Source: Deltaproteobacteria bacterium (GTDB taxonomy: Bacteria > Desulfobacterota > Syntrophia > Syntrophales > UBA2210). Taken from it: a stretch of DNA of 64,000 bases. Every line of letters starts with the position of its first letter. Position 1 is the first letter of the stretch. Positions 25,646 to 36,077 of this stretch are shown here, one piece after another. Location: assembly GCA_019313905.1 (NCBI GenBank), contig JAFDAI010000001.1, positions 20,275-84,274 of the forward strand. Reading direction: 5' to 3'. Under the pieces are notes generated by a model that ran no database searches, had not been told where the DNA came from, and worked only from the letters and a program-made list of their open reading frames with translations. The position numbers and the translations under genes are program-made.

Positions 25646-26038
25646 TTATCTCTTGGAATACTGGAATCTCTTCCTAGCGCCAGGCTGACCGTATTTCTTT
25701 CTCTCTTTTACACGGGCATCTCTTGTAAGAAAGCCTGCTTTCTTTAGAACAGATTTCAATTCCTCATCATATCCCACAAGAGCCTTGGATATGCCATGCC
25801 TGATAGCACCCGCCTGACCGGAAACTCCCCCACCGTTGACATTGATATAGAAATCGAACTTATCCTTTTTGTCGGCCATGTCGAGAGGCTGCAGTATCAG
25901 TCTTTTTAATATATCACGTGTAAAATAATCATCAAAATTCCTTTTGTTGACTACAAAGGCACCGCTTCCTTCTTTCATCCATACCCTCGCTATTGAGGAT
26001 TTTCTCTTACCTGTAGCATAATAACTTTTTACTGACAT
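25646..26038 (-). CDS. rpsI: 30S ribosomal protein S9
   Basis: Starts [14 protein letters not shown] and ends ...RKRFQYSKR. Paired with rplM. Confidence 0.95.
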   Translation of the reverse strand: MSVKSYYATGKRKSSIARVWMKEGSGAFVVNKRNFDDYFTRDILKRLILQPLDMADKKDKFDFYINVNGGGVSGQAGAIRHGISKALVGYDEELKSVLKKAGFLTRDARVKERKKYGQPGARKRFQYSKR

Positions 26039-26054
26039 GTTTCTCTCTCCTGAT

Positions 26055-26483
26055 CTACACTTCCAGCAGCTTGACCATCTGGGCCTTGTGTGGATGCCTG
26101 TCGCCCCTGTACACTTTAAGCTTCTTCAGCATCTGTCTTCCCAGACTGTTCTTCGGAAGCATCCCCCTGACAGCACCTGTCAAAAGATCTTCCGGTTTTT
26201 CCTCCAGCATCTTGCCCGCTGTCGCCGATTTTAAACCTCCCGGATAACCGGTGTGGTGGTAATAGATCTTGTCGGTAAGCTTTTTACCCGTAAGGGCGAT
26301 CTTATCCGCGTTTACCACGACTATAAAGTCCCCTGTATCAATATGGGGCGTATAGACTGGTTTATGTTTTCCTCTCAAACGTTTCGCAATCTCGGCGGCA
26401 AGCCTGCCCAGCGCTTTACCATCCGCGTCAACAAGATACCAATCCCTTGCAACGTCTTCCTTCCTGGCACTGTATGTTTTCAT
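26055..26483 (-). CDS. rplM: 50S ribosomal protein L13
   Basis: [29 protein letters not shown] is a typical L13 N-terminus. Confidence 0.95.
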   Translation of the reverse strand: MKTYSARKEDVARDWYLVDADGKALGRLAAEIAKRLRGKHKPVYTPHIDTGDFIVVVNADKIALTGKKLTDKIYYHHTGYPGGLKSATAGKMLEEKPEDLLTGAVRGMLPKNSLGRQMLKKLKVYRGDRHPHKAQMVKLLEV

Positions 26484-26521
26484 AAAAATCCACCCGTATC
26501 TCTAAAAACTCAAGGAAAGCG

Positions 26522-26550
26522 AGAATATGTAATTAAGGCGCATTTGTCAA
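26522..26550 (-). promoter_or_regulatory. Candidate sigma70 promoter for rplM-rpsI
   Basis: Minus strand: TTGACA (26550-26545), 17-nt spacer, TATTCT (26527-26522). Confidence 0.4.
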
Positions 26551-26574
26551 GTAAAAATCCAAAAAACTTTTGAT

Positions 26575-28764
26575 TTACCATCCCGGCAACTCACCCGCCA
26601 ATCCACCAACTTTCCCAAGACCATAAAGGGAGAAAATCAGCATGAACCTTCTGTCGTCAGGCGAATCGGAATAGCTAAGCTCTGCGCTCCAGCATTGTTT
26701 ATGATAATTTACAGCGTAAGTGGCTTCAAGGGTTTTATTGCCGAGCTGATCTTTCCTCAAAATATACATCAAATCAATGGCCTTCGTTGCTCTCCCCCTC
26801 AGAGAAAGATTTATCTCTTCCACTGAATCCTGTGTATATCTGTATTCAGCGGTTAGAGAATCAGCGCGCCAGTCACTTATATCAAAACGGGAATTTATCT
26901 CTTTCCACTCACCGGAATTGACATCGAACTTTGCGTCGGCATCAAGGGAGAAATACTGAAAAGGAGCAAATTCAAGCTCTGCATCTATATCACCGAACGG
27001 TCTCCTCGCCTTTGAAGATCCATCAGGATTTCTTCTCGCTTCCCTGATATTGTAAGTCTGGCTCAGTTTCAGCTTGAGAAACTCCCTGTAGGTAACTGCT
27101 CCATCCCCGTTCTTCAGCCTGGCAATAAGGATGTTGGTGAGCGAACAGGTCAAACTGTTTGTTTCCTCTACCTCACTTAGAAAATCGGGGATGTCATCTT
27201 GATCTACATTGGGAATATAGGTGTATTCTAATTCCGGCCTGATGCCATGGCGTATCTTGTCTACAATCTGACCTCCCACATCAAACACCCTGTGCGCTTC
27301 GCTGGAAAGAGTCGCACCTATGTTGTACATTTCACGGCTTCCATTTTTATCCTCCTCGCCTGCGGCATCACCGCTATATAAACTCCTCCATTTTGTTTCT
27401 CTCAGCCCCAGAGAGGGTGTAAATTCCAGATAATCATCAAGTCTCAGAGGCAATGAAAACACCGGATATGCATCAAGGAGATGCCCCCTGTATCCTGTAG
27501 TTCTGTAATAATAACCATAAGATGATTCCAGTTCAAAATCGAGGGGAGAATCAAGGACAGGCTGCTTCATACCGGTAAATGTAATCTGCGGATATCTTTG
27601 CAGTGTTTCATCATTGGAACAGCTCTGGAAATTATCTGTATATTCCATAAGGGCGGTCGCATTAAACAGGCTCCAGTTCTTTACAAGACGAACCGTTGAA
27701 TTCAGAGAGGCCAGGGATCCATCGCCATCGAACGAAACTTCGTTGAATTTTTGTGTGTCACTCCCCTCATAATTCGCCATATAATAATTATATGAATCGA
27801 AATCCCTGAAATACCACCTGTCTGACACCCTCTTTATGTCTGTCTTCAGGTAAAGACCGGACTTGAATGTTGTCTCGTGATCCAGATAATATGACCACCG
27901 TTTATGACTTTCTTTCCAGTCCCTGCGTAGAAAATCATATTCTCCGAAATCTGATACCTCAATGCTATCATTGAGATAATCGCCATATAACGTGCCATAC
28001 GAATCTTTACCTATAATATATCTGAGTTCCACCCCCTCCTGGAATCCTCTTTTGTCCATATATCGTTGATAAAAGGTTGCGTCGGCATTTTCTGAAATAG
28101 CCCAGTAAAACGGGATCCCGAGATCCCATCCCAGTTTGTCGCGTGAATAGGCGATGCGGGGAAACAGCAATCCTGTCTGTCTCGTAGTTTTAGCAGGAAA
28201 TATAAGATAGGGCATGTAGAGGAGGGGAATGCCTTTCACCTGAAATGTCCCCTGTTTAACTGTCCCATATCCGTCGATGGTAACCTCCAATTCCTTGCCG
28301 GTAAACATCCAGTCAGGATTTTTGCCATCGCACGTTGTTGCCTGCCCATCCTTCAGAAAATATGTCGCGCCACCTCTTTTTTCGATTGTTTCTCCTCTGA
28401 GATAGAGGTGATTCCTGTCAAAAAACACCTTTCCATCGGATATGATTCCGGTCTCGTCGGCAATATTAAACCGCGCCCTTTCCCCTTCGAGTACATCTTT
28501 ACCGCTCTTGATGAATACATGCCCCTCGGCCGTTACATCATTTGTCATTCTGTTCAGTATGACATCATCAGCCTTAATGTGTCCGCCATCAAATGTAATA
28601 ATGACATTGCCACTGGCCCGATATGTTTCGGTATCGCTCTCATATGTCAGACTATCCGCTTCTATATCCACTCGCTCCGGCAGATCCCGTTCGGAAGCAA
28701 AGGAAAAATCCCCGTATAGAAGTAAAGACATTAACATGAAAAACAGTATGCACCCTTTTTTCAC
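26575..28764 (-). CDS. lptD: LPS-assembly outer-membrane protein LptD (OstA family)
   Basis: About 730 aa beta-rich protein with a signal peptide and an OstA-like N-terminal domain. GGAGAG lies 6 nt before GTG 28764. The listed ORF extends to 28842, which would overlap folC. Confidence 0.8.
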   Translation of the reverse strand: MKKGCILFFMLMSLLLYGDFSFASERDLPERVDIEADSLTYESDTETYRASGNVIITFDGGHIKADDVILNRMTNDVTAEGHVFIKSGKDVLEGERARFNIADETGIISDGKVFFDRNHLYLRGETIEKRGGATYFLKDGQATTCDGKNPDWMFTGKELEVTIDGYGTVKQGTFQVKGIPLLYMPYLIFPAKTTRQTGLLFPRIAYSRDKLGWDLGIPFYWAISENADATFYQRYMDKRGFQEGVELRYIIGKDSYGTLYGDYLNDSIEVSDFGEYDFLRRDWKESHKRWSYYLDHETTFKSGLYLKTDIKRVSDRWYFRDFDSYNYYMANYEGSDTQKFNEVSFDGDGSLASLNSTVRLVKNWSLFNATALMEYTDNFQSCSNDETLQRYPQITFTGMKQPVLDSPLDFELESSYGYYYRTTGYRGHLLDAYPVFSLPLRLDDYLEFTPSLGLRETKWRSLYSGDAAGEEDKNGSREMYNIGATLSSEAHRVFDVGGQIVDKIRHGIRPELEYTYIPNVDQDDIPDFLSEVEETNSLTCSLTNILIARLKNGDGAVTYREFLKLKLSQTYNIREARRNPDGSSKARRPFGDIDAELEFAPFQYFSLDADAKFDVNSGEWKEINSRFDISDWRADSLTAEYRYTQDSVEEINLSLRGRATKAIDLMYILRKDQLGNKTLEATYAVNYHKQCWSAELSYSDSPDDRRFMLIFSLYGLGKVGGLAGELPGW

Positions 28765-28813
28765 GAGACGCTCTCCAGACAAGATTTCCAACGCAAACAG
28801 GCTGTATTTATTA

Positions 28814-30088
28814 TCACAAAAGCCTGTCTTTCGTAAGATCAAAACTCATATGTTCTTTTATCTCTCCCACAAGATACAGTGATCCGGTAATACACACAAG
28901 GTCGTCCACGCCAGCCAGGAAGCGGGCCCTGGCAAGGGCCTCTGCCGAATCGGCTATAGCCTCAACATGATCATGATACAGTGAAGTAACCGATAATAAA
29001 TCCTCTATACGCGCGGCCCTTTCTTCTTTCGGCCTTGTGAGTATAATTCTGTCCGCCAGAGGCATTAACCTTTTCAACATCCCCGCGTAATCCTTGTCAC
29101 GAAGCACGCCAAACACCACTATCAATCTCCTGTAAGAAAAATCTGCCGGCAGAGAGTTACACAGGGATGAGATGCCTGCCGGATTGTGGGCGCCATCTAC
29201 AACAATCCCGGGGTTACGGGAAACAAGTTCCAGCCTTCCTTCCCACTTAACATCCCTCAGCCCTTCGACCACGGAGTTGTCATTTATGTCCATGCCCTTT
29301 GCTGTCAGAATGTCAACAACCGCAAGGGCCAAAGCAGCATTTTCAATCTGGTGCCCACCAGCGAGAGAACTCCTGAGGCCCCTGTAGCTTTTATTAATTC
29401 CATAGTAGGAAAAACTTCCCTTTCCAAACCTCCTGACCCTTATATCCCTGCCTGTTTTATAGAATGCGGATCCCCTCTGACTACAAATCTTTTCAAGTGT
29501 ATCAATAACTTTGCGTCCTTTAGCAGCCGTTACGCATATCCCATTCTCCTTTATGATTCCCCCTTTCTCACGGGCAATTGACTCCAGATCATTACCCAGA
29601 TATTTCTGATGTTCCAGAGAAATATTGGTTATTACGGAGACCTCCGGGAACATGAGATTTGTAGCGTCGAGCCTTCCTCCCATACCCACCTCAACAACCG
29701 CGATATCTACCTCGCACCTAGAAAAATACAGAAATGCCAGGGCAGTGGTAAACTCAAAATAGGTAACGTCCTCTTTGATCTCTCCCTTTACTTTATCTAC
29801 GAGGGCGCAAAGCTCATCCTCCGGAATCATGCAACTATTTATCCTTATCCGTTCTCTGAAATCGCACATGTGCGGAGAAGTATAGAGACCAACTTTCATG
29901 CCCTCCTTCATTAATATAGAAGAAAGAATCGCCGCCGTGGACCCTTTGCCGTTGGTCCCACCTATCAGGACCGTTTTATATTTGGTCTGGGGATTGTCAA
30001 GGCGGGTGAGAAGTCTGGAGATGGGCCCAATACCCAAATTTATTCCCCTTTGTTTTAACCCTTCCAGGTACGAGAGAGAATCCTGCAT
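28814..30088 (-). CDS. folC: Bifunctional folylpolyglutamate synthase / dihydrofolate synthase
   Basis: Mur-ligase P-loop GGTNGKGST, 424 aa, FolC-like layout. Confidence 0.88.
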   Translation of the reverse strand: MQDSLSYLEGLKQRGINLGIGPISRLLTRLDNPQTKYKTVLIGGTNGKGSTAAILSSILMKEGMKVGLYTSPHMCDFRERIRINSCMIPEDELCALVDKVKGEIKEDVTYFEFTTALAFLYFSRCEVDIAVVEVGMGGRLDATNLMFPEVSVITNISLEHQKYLGNDLESIAREKGGIIKENGICVTAAKGRKVIDTLEKICSQRGSAFYKTGRDIRVRRFGKGSFSYYGINKSYRGLRSSLAGGHQIENAALALAVVDILTAKGMDINDNSVVEGLRDVKWEGRLELVSRNPGIVVDGAHNPAGISSLCNSLPADFSYRRLIVVFGVLRDKDYAGMLKRLMPLADRIILTRPKEERAARIEDLLSVTSLYHDHVEAIADSAEALARARFLAGVDDLVCITGSLYLVGEIKEHMSFDLTKDRLL

Positions 30089-30100
30089 ACACGCACTCCA

Positions 30101-30141
30101 AACAAAAAGGCCATGGGATCTATATTACAACCCATGGCCCT
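30101..30141 (-). terminator. Rho-independent terminator after the small EF-Tu-domain-II-like gene
   Basis: Minus strand: GGCCATGGG-13 nt loop-CCCATGGCC followed by TTTTTGTTTGG. Confidence 0.6.
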
Positions 30142-30219
30142 TAAAGCTTTCTATCGCCTATCGCACAGATCATCCCCAGGGACAATCCATGCCTGATCGA
30201 AGAAAAACAGTTAACAGCA

Positions 30220-30480
30220 TTACTCAGGAACGATCCTGAACATTTCATCCCCGGGGCGAACACGGTCAGAAACCTTAATGCCTATGTAATCGCCCGCTGT
30301 TGCCTTTTCTATCTGTTTATTGTCGATTTCCATTGAATCAATCTTGTCTTCGAAATCCGTGGTATGACCGACAAATCTAACCATATCACCTGCCAGTAAT
30401 TCTCCCGACGTAATCTTAACCGCTGCAACACTGGGCTTCGCAAAAAACTTCATTACCTCACCAACTCTCTCTTCTCCCAT
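30220..30480 (-). CDS. Small beta-barrel protein resembling EF-Tu domain II (translation elongation factor-like protein)
   Basis: 86 aa. GELLAGDMVRFVG...ATAGDYIGIKVSDRVRPGDEMF resembles the GTP_EFTU_D2 barrel. AAGGAGG lies upstream of the ATG. Confidence 0.65.
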   Translation of the reverse strand: MGEERVGEVMKFFAKPSVAAVKITSGELLAGDMVRFVGHTTDFEDKIDSMEIDNKQIEKATAGDYIGIKVSDRVRPGDEMFRIVPE

Positions 30481-30547
30481 AACCCACAGCCTCCTTGTCG
30501 TCGTTCAAAACTGTATGAAAAGACCTCTATCAGAAATAACAAAGTTA

Positions 30548-30575
30548 ATTATAGCCTCTCTCGCGGAAAAATCAA
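30548..30575 (-). promoter_or_regulatory. Candidate sigma70 promoter for the EF-Tu-domain-II-like gene
   Basis: Minus strand: TTGATT (30575-30570), 16-nt spacer, TATAAT (30553-30548). Confidence 0.45.
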
Positions 30576-30580
30576 GGAAT

Positions 30581-30609
30581 AAAAAAAGGGGCAGGATTCC
30601 CTGCCCCTT
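30581..30609 (-). terminator. Rho-independent terminator of the alpha operon (after rplQ)
   Basis: Minus strand: AAGGGGCAGG-gaat-CCTGCCCCTT followed by TTTTTTT. Confidence 0.8.
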
Positions 30610-30629
30610 AAAACCAACTTATGCTGCCG

Positions 30630-31028
30630 TTATTTAACGGCTTTTTTCTTTTTTGTACTTTTCTTCTTCTCTTCCGCCGGCATTAATTCTATCATGGAAA
30701 GAAGAGCATCATCACCCTCTCTGTTACCCACCTTGACCACCCTTGTATATCCACCAGCCCTTTCAGTGTAACGGGATGATAACTCCTCAAACACTTTTTC
30801 CGTAACCCGGCTGTTCCTTATAAAAGACAGTGCTTGTCTCCTCGCATGAAGAGTTCCCCTTTTGCCCAGGGTTATCATCTTATCGGCAACACCTCTCAAT
30901 TCCTTGGCCTTCGCATCGGTTGTGATGATCTTCTCATGTTCCAGAAGAGAGGTCACCAGATTCCTCATCATGGCCCTTCTGTGACTTGATGTCCTGCCAA
31001 GCCTCCTTCCGGCTTTCCTGTGGCGCAT
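30630..31028 (-). CDS. rplQ: 50S ribosomal protein L17
   Basis: [24 protein letters not shown]. Follows rpoA. Confidence 0.95.
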   Translation of the reverse strand: MRHRKAGRRLGRTSSHRRAMMRNLVTSLLEHEKIITTDAKAKELRGVADKMITLGKRGTLHARRQALSFIRNSRVTEKVFEELSSRYTERAGGYTRVVKVGNREGDDALLSMIELMPAEEKKKSTKKKKAVK

Positions 31029-31049
31029 TATATATTACCCCTCTAAATA

Positions 31050-32051
31050 TTATTCTTCCATACCCTCATCATCCTCCCCGGGAAGATGAAAATCCACTTT
31101 GCTGCCGAGGCTGAGTCCCATCTCGACAAGCATATCCTTGATCTCATTCAAAGACTTCTTTCCGAAGTTCTTTGTCTTGAGCATTTCCATTTCTGTCTTC
31201 TGCACGAGCTCTCCTATATACTGGATACCGGCATTCTTCAGGCAATTGGCCGACCTCACTGAAAGCTCCAGATCTTCGACACTCTTAAACAGGTTCTCGT
31301 TGACCTGATCTTCTTCTACAGGTTCTTTCGGTTCTTCCACTTTTTCCTGCTCATCAAAATTGATAAACACACTCACCTGTTCCTTTAAGACCTTGGCTGC
31401 ATAGGCAACGGCGTCCTCGGGCAGGATACTGCCATCCGTCCAGACTTCAAAAACCAGCTTATCGTAGTCAGTTATCTGACCAATTCGCGCGTTGGAAACC
31501 GTATATGCAACCCTCTTAATGGGGGAGAATATGGCATCAATATTGATTGTTCCCTCAGGCTGCCAGGCATCTGTCTCTCGTTTGGCAGGGGCATATCCCT
31601 TCCCCATATCCGCTACAAGCTCGACCTTGAATCCCGTCCTATCCGAAAGAGTCGCTATGTGGTGATCTGGATTTAGGATCTCGACCGTTTCATCTGTGAC
31701 AATATCTCCCGCTTTAACGGCTCCTTCACGGGAAACATCTATATGAAGTGTTCTGGGACCATCTTCGTGTAATTTCAGCCGGACCCCCTTCATATTCAAT
31801 ATGATATCCGTAACATCTTCCTTGACACCGGAAATAGTGGAAAATTCATGAAGAACTCCGTCAAATTTCACAGAGGTAATGGCTGCACCATAAATGGAAG
31901 AAAGAAGTACTCTCCTCAGGGCATTACCCAGCGTGATACCAAATCCCTTTTCCAAGGGTTGGCATGTAAATTCACTATAAAACGATGTATGGGTTTTATC
32001 ATCGACTTCTATTCGTTTTGGTTTTATAAGGCTGCGCCAGTTTCTCTCCAT
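31050..32051 (-). CDS. rpoA: DNA-directed RNA polymerase subunit alpha
   Basis: 333 aa with N-terminal-domain motif ...[17 protein letters not shown] and C-terminal-domain motif [12 protein letters not shown]. Confidence 0.97.
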   Translation of the reverse strand: MERNWRSLIKPKRIEVDDKTHTSFYSEFTCQPLEKGFGITLGNALRRVLLSSIYGAAITSVKFDGVLHEFSTISGVKEDVTDIILNMKGVRLKLHEDGPRTLHIDVSREGAVKAGDIVTDETVEILNPDHHIATLSDRTGFKVELVADMGKGYAPAKRETDAWQPEGTINIDAIFSPIKRVAYTVSNARIGQITDYDKLVFEVWTDGSILPEDAVAYAAKVLKEQVSVFINFDEQEKVEEPKEPVEEDQVNENLFKSVEDLELSVRSANCLKNAGIQYIGELVQKTEMEMLKTKNFGKKSLNEIKDMLVEMGLSLGSKVDFHLPGEDDEGMEE

Positions 32052-32077
32052 ATTGTTAGTCCCTCATATAAAACTTT

Positions 32078-32710
32078 TTACTTAGAGTAAAACTCAACCA
32101 CCAGCTGTTCCTGAATAGGCATAGTCAGTTCTTCCCGGGTGGGCAGTGCTTTTATAACACCGGCAAAATTATCTTTATCCAGATCCAGCCACTCAGGCAC
32201 ACCACGCCTGGCAACGGTTTCTATGGAATCAAGTATAGTGGTAACCTTCCTGCTTTTTTCCTTAACCTGTATTTTGTCACCAATCTCAACCAGATATGAA
32301 GGTATATTTACCTTTTTATCATTCACCAGAAAATGATTGTGTTTTACAAGCTGTCTCGCCTCGCCCCTAGAACTCGCAAAACCAAGCCTGTACACCATAT
32401 TGTCCAGTCTTCTCTCCAGCAGGAGCAGCAGATTTGTACCCGTTACACCTTTTTGCCTCTCAGCTTTTTCGAAATAGCCCTTAAATGATTTTTCCAAAAG
32501 GCCGAAGGACCTCTTTAACTTTTGCTTTTCCCTTAACTGGGTACCGTAATCTGATGCCTTTCGCCTGAATTTAACCTGTCCATGTTCTCCAGGCACATAA
32601 CTCCTTCGTTCAAAGGAACACTTGTCGCCATAGCATCTGTCCCCCTTAAGAAACAGTTTCATGCCCTCCGTCCGGCATAATCTGCATAAAGATCCTCTAT
32701 ATCTTGCCAA
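32078..32710 (-). CDS. rpsD: 30S ribosomal protein S4 (Cys4 zinc-finger form)
   Basis: [31 protein letters not shown]. Confidence 0.96.
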   Translation of the reverse strand: MARYRGSLCRLCRTEGMKLFLKGDRCYGDKCSFERRSYVPGEHGQVKFRRKASDYGTQLREKQKLKRSFGLLEKSFKGYFEKAERQKGVTGTNLLLLLERRLDNMVYRLGFASSRGEARQLVKHNHFLVNDKKVNIPSYLVEIGDKIQVKEKSRKVTTILDSIETVARRGVPEWLDLDKDNFAGVIKALPTREELTMPIQEQLVVEFYSK

Positions 32711-32765
32711 AACACTCCTCCACTAATATATAATTCGATCAAAATGATTCATCATTACGGAGAGG

Positions 32766-33158
32766 TTAAACTCTCCTTCTCTTAGGCGGACGACAACCGT
32801 TATGGGGAATCGGCGTCACATCTTTGATAATACTTATGTTCAAACCCGCTGTCTGCAACGCTCTGAGTGCCGATTCTCTTCCCGACCCGGGTCCCTTTAG
32901 ATACACCTGCACGCTTCTCAGCCCATGCACCTTTGCTTTTTTAACGGCGTCCGTAGCGGTCAGCTGAGCGGCAAAGGGAGTGCTTTTTCTGGAACCCTTG
33001 AACCCCTGCCCGCCACCGGAAGACCAGGCAATAACATTGCCACTCAAATCCGTAATGGTAACTATAGTATTATTAAAAGTTGACTGAATATGAGCAATCC
33101 CTTCAGAGATATTCTTTTTTTCTTTTTTCCTTACACTTCTCTTTTTTGGTCGAGCCAT
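32766..33158 (-). CDS. rpsK: 30S ribosomal protein S11
   Basis: [27 protein letters not shown] lies 4 nt before ATG 33158; the listed ORF starts at 33173. Confidence 0.95.
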   Translation of the reverse strand: MARPKKRSVRKKEKKNISEGIAHIQSTFNNTIVTITDLSGNVIAWSSGGGQGFKGSRKSTPFAAQLTATDAVKKAKVHGLRSVQVYLKGPGSGRESALRALQTAGLNISIIKDVTPIPHNGCRPPKRRRV

Positions 33159-33200
33159 CTTTCCTCCAGACATAAAGCCTGCCTAATGACAGATCTTATA

Positions 33201-33572
33201 TTATTTCTTTCTCTTTCCCCCCACAGATCTTTTCGGGCCTTTTCTCGTTCTTGCATTGGTAGATGTTCTCTGGCCCCTCACAGGAAGACCCCTTCTGTGC
33301 CTTAAGCCTCTGTAGGTTCCTATATCCATAAGACGTTTTATAGACATGGCAATATCTCTCTTGAGGTCCCCCTCAATCTTATAACTCTTATCTATAATAT
33401 CCCTTATGGCAGTCACCTGCTCGTCGAGCAGATTATTTGTCTTCGTATCAAGATCAATCCCGGCCTCTTCAAGAATCTGCCTAGACCTGGATTTCCCAAT
33501 ACCGTATATATACGTTAGGGCTATTTCCATTCTTTTGTTCTTAGGTAAATCGACTCCTGCGATTCTTGCCAC
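33201..33572 (-). CDS. rpsM: 30S ribosomal protein S13
   Basis: (GTG)[31 protein letters not shown] lies 7 nt upstream. Confidence 0.95.
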   Translation of the reverse strand: MARIAGVDLPKNKRMEIALTYIYGIGKSRSRQILEEAGIDLDTKTNNLLDEQVTAIRDIIDKSYKIEGDLKRDIAMSIKRLMDIGTYRGLRHRRGLPVRGQRTSTNARTRKGPKRSVGGKRKK

Positions 33573-33584
33573 CTTGCAACCTCC

Positions 33585-33626
33585 CGCTGTTTATCCCTGG
33601 CGCTGTTTATCCCTGGCGCTGTTTAT
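33585..33626. repeat. Tandem 16-nt direct repeat (2 full copies plus 10 nt) spanning the rpmJ 3' end
   Basis: CGCTGTTTATCCCTGG at 33585-33600 and 33601-33616, then CGCTGTTTAT at 33617-33626. Confidence 0.85.
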
Positions 33627-33720
33627 GTTTAGGGTTTTCACATATTACCCTTACAACACCACGTCTCTTTATAATCTTACACTTATCGCACATCTTCTTA
33701 ACAGACGCTCTCACCTTCAC
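33607..33720 (-). CDS. rpmJ: 50S ribosomal protein L36 (zinc-binding form)
   Basis: Not in the ORF track because it is under 60 aa. Manual translation: (GTG)[36 protein letters not shown]. Lies between infA and rpsM. Confidence 0.93.
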   Translation of the reverse strand: MKVRASVKKMCDKCKIIKRRGVVRVICENPKHKQRQG

Positions 33721-33743
33721 TGCTCTCACACTCCATTTCCGTC

Positions 33744-33962
33744 TTATTTCGACCGATATGTAATTCTACCCCGGGTCAGATCATAGGGCGATAATTCTAT
33801 CGTGACTTTGTCTCCCGGCAATATCTTGATAAAATGCATTCTCATCTTACCTGAGATATGGGCCAGAACACGGTGACCATTCTCGAGTTCAACACGAAAC
33901 ATCGCATTAGGCAATGGTTCCAACACAGTACCTTCAACAATTATAGCTTCTTCTTTAGCCAT
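33744..33962 (-). CDS. infA: Translation initiation factor IF-1
   Basis: [41 protein letters not shown]. Confidence 0.96.
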   Translation of the reverse strand: MAKEEAIIVEGTVLEPLPNAMFRVELENGHRVLAHISGKMRMHFIKILPGDKVTIELSPYDLTRGRITYRSK

Positions 33963-33988
33963 TGATCCCTACTCCGTCAGCATCCTGC

Positions 33989-34738
33989 TTATGTCCTGCT
34001 GCTTAATATCACAGGCCCGTTTTCAGTGATGGCTATTGTATGTTCAAAGTGGGCCGACAGGCTGCCATCGTTCGTTTCTACTGTCCATCCGTCAGGTTTT
34101 ACTTTTACCGCGTATGACCCCTCATTCACCATGGGTTCTATGGCTATCACCATGCCGGCTTCCAGCTTTACCCCCCTGCCACCCATTCCAAAATTTGGGA
34201 CCGGAGGATCTTCGTGAAGGTTTTTTCCTATCCCGTGACCGACATAATCCCTTACCACCGAAAAGCCGGCTTCCTCTACACAGCTTTGTACCGCAAAGGA
34301 TATATCGCCTAATCTGTTGCCCTCTCTTGCCTTCTCTATCCCCCTGTACAGAGACTCTTCCGTTACCTTCATCAGTCTGGCAGCTGACATGGAAATTCCG
34401 CTCACAGCAACGGTGATAGCAGAATCTCCATAATAATTATTATAACAGACACCGTAATCGAGACTTACTATATCACCCTCTTCCAAAGGCCTGTCCGAAG
34501 GGAAACCGTGTACCACTTCCGAATTTACAGACGCACAGAGCGCGAAGGGAAATCCTCCGTATCCCTTGAAAGCAGGTTTTGCCCCCCTCTTTTGCGTTAT
34601 AGTCTCGGCGTATTCATTCAGCTCCAATGTTGTTACGCCTGGTTTTACCCTCTTCTCTAAACCAGTTAATACCTCAGCTACAATAGAGTTGCTTTCCCCC
34701 ATCTTTTTTATCTCTTCGGGAGATTTCAGGATGATCAT
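33989..34738 (-). CDS. map: Type I methionine aminopeptidase
   Basis: 249 aa with metal-ligand context VHGFP...DYGV...GHGIG...IEPM. Confidence 0.95.
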   Translation of the reverse strand: MIILKSPEEIKKMGESNSIVAEVLTGLEKRVKPGVTTLELNEYAETITQKRGAKPAFKGYGGFPFALCASVNSEVVHGFPSDRPLEEGDIVSLDYGVCYNNYYGDSAITVAVSGISMSAARLMKVTEESLYRGIEKAREGNRLGDISFAVQSCVEEAGFSVVRDYVGHGIGKNLHEDPPVPNFGMGGRGVKLEAGMVIAIEPMVNEGSYAVKVKPDGWTVETNDGSLSAHFEHTIAITENGPVILSSRT

Positions 34739-34769
34739 CCGGCTTATTGCCTCACGAGGGAAATACTCA

Positions 34770-36077
34770 TTAACGCCTTCTACCCATCCTGCCCTTTTTC
34801 ATAAATCCTTCGTACTGCCTGGTAAGCATGTGGGTTTCTATCTGACCGGCGGTGTCAAGGGCAACCCCGACAACTATAAGAAGTGCCGTACCTCCAAAAT
34901 AAAAAGGAACATTAAACTTACTTATAAGGATGCTTGGAAGAACACAAACAGCGGACACATATATGGCGCCACTGAAGGTAAGTTTCGTCAGGACACTGTC
35001 TATATACTCGGCGGTTTTTTTACCGGGTCGTATACCCGGCACATAGCCGCCATGTTTTTTCATATTGTCGGCAACATCCACCGGATTGAATGTAACGGCT
35101 GTATAAAAATAACAGAAGAATATTATAAGTGCGACGTAAAGCAACTCGTATACCAGCCTGCCAGGCATCAGGAACCCCGCCATTATTTTCATCCACGGAT
35201 GAGGGATAAAATTGGCAATAGTAGCGGGAAACATGATGATGGATGAGGCGAAAATCGGTGGAATAACACCCGCTGTATTAACCTTCAGAGGCAGATGCGT
35301 TGTCTGGCCGCCATACATCTTTCTCCCGACAACCCTTTTCGCGTACTGCACAGGGATCCTCCTCTGCGCACTCTCGACAAATACGATCACACCGACAACA
35401 CCAACCATCATTATTGCCAGGAGCACAACAAAGAATATTCCCATCTCACCTGTAGATAACAGGCGGAAAGTATTCACAACGCCAGCGGGCCCTCTGCATA
35501 CTATACCGGCAAAGATAATCAGGGATATTCCGTTACCTATCCCTTTCTCCGTAATCGTTTCTCCCAGCCACATGATAAACGACGTACCTGCCGTCAGGGT
35601 AATGACCGTCATCAGGCGAAAAGCCCACCCTGGTGTGATAACAACCGACAAACCCGAAGGCCCAGCCATGTTTTCTAAACCGACCGCTATCCCGAACCCC
35701 TGTATGATGCTCAGAAGAACTGTGCCATATCTCGTATATTGGGTTATCTTTCTTCTACCCGCCTCTCCCTCTTTAGACAATTTTTCAAGGTGAGGAACGG
35801 CAACGGTGAGCAACTGGAGGATAATGGATGCACTGATATAGGGCATAATTCCCAAGGCAAATACGGAGAGTCTGCTCAGCGCGCCTCCCGCAAACATGTC
35901 AAAGAGCCCGAGAAGGGAGTTTTGCGCCTGCGCAAAGAAGGCGGCAAGGGCCTGCGTGTCTATACCGGGCGTGGGCACATGCGCACCTATCCTGTAAACG
36001 GCAAGGAGAAAGAAAGTAAACAGTATCTTCTTCTGCAGTTCCGGAATCTTTGTTATGTTCTTAAAGCCGCCTATCAT
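34770..36077 (-). CDS. secY: Preprotein translocase subunit SecY
   Basis: [21 protein letters not shown]. The ATG overlaps the rplO stop by 1 nt (TAATG). The listed ORF begins 54 nt further upstream. Confidence 0.95.
   Translation of the reverse strand: MIGGFKNITKIPELQKKILFTFFLLAVYRIGAHVPTPGIDTQALAAFFAQAQNSLLGLFDMFAGGALSRLSVFALGIMPYISASIILQLLTVAVPHLEKLSKEGEAGRRKITQYTRYGTVLLSIIQGFGIAVGLENMAGPSGLSVVITPGWAFRLMTVITLTAGTSFIMWLGETITEKGIGNGISLIIFAGIVCRGPAGVVNTFRLLSTGEMGIFFVVLLAIMMVGVVGVIVFVESAQRRIPVQYAKRVVGRKMYGGQTTHLPLKVNTAGVIPPIFASSIIMFPATIANFIPHPWMKIMAGFLMPGRLVYELLYVALIIFFCYFYTAVTFNPVDVADNMKKHGGYVPGIRPGKKTAEYIDSVLTKLTFSGAIYVSAVCVLPSILISKFNVPFYFGGTALLIVVGVALDTAGQIETHMLTRQYEGFMKKGRMGRRR

Noticed and set aside
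34566-35793. Plus-strand ORFs 34566..35246 and 35212..35793
   Set aside because: They are antisense to secY and map.
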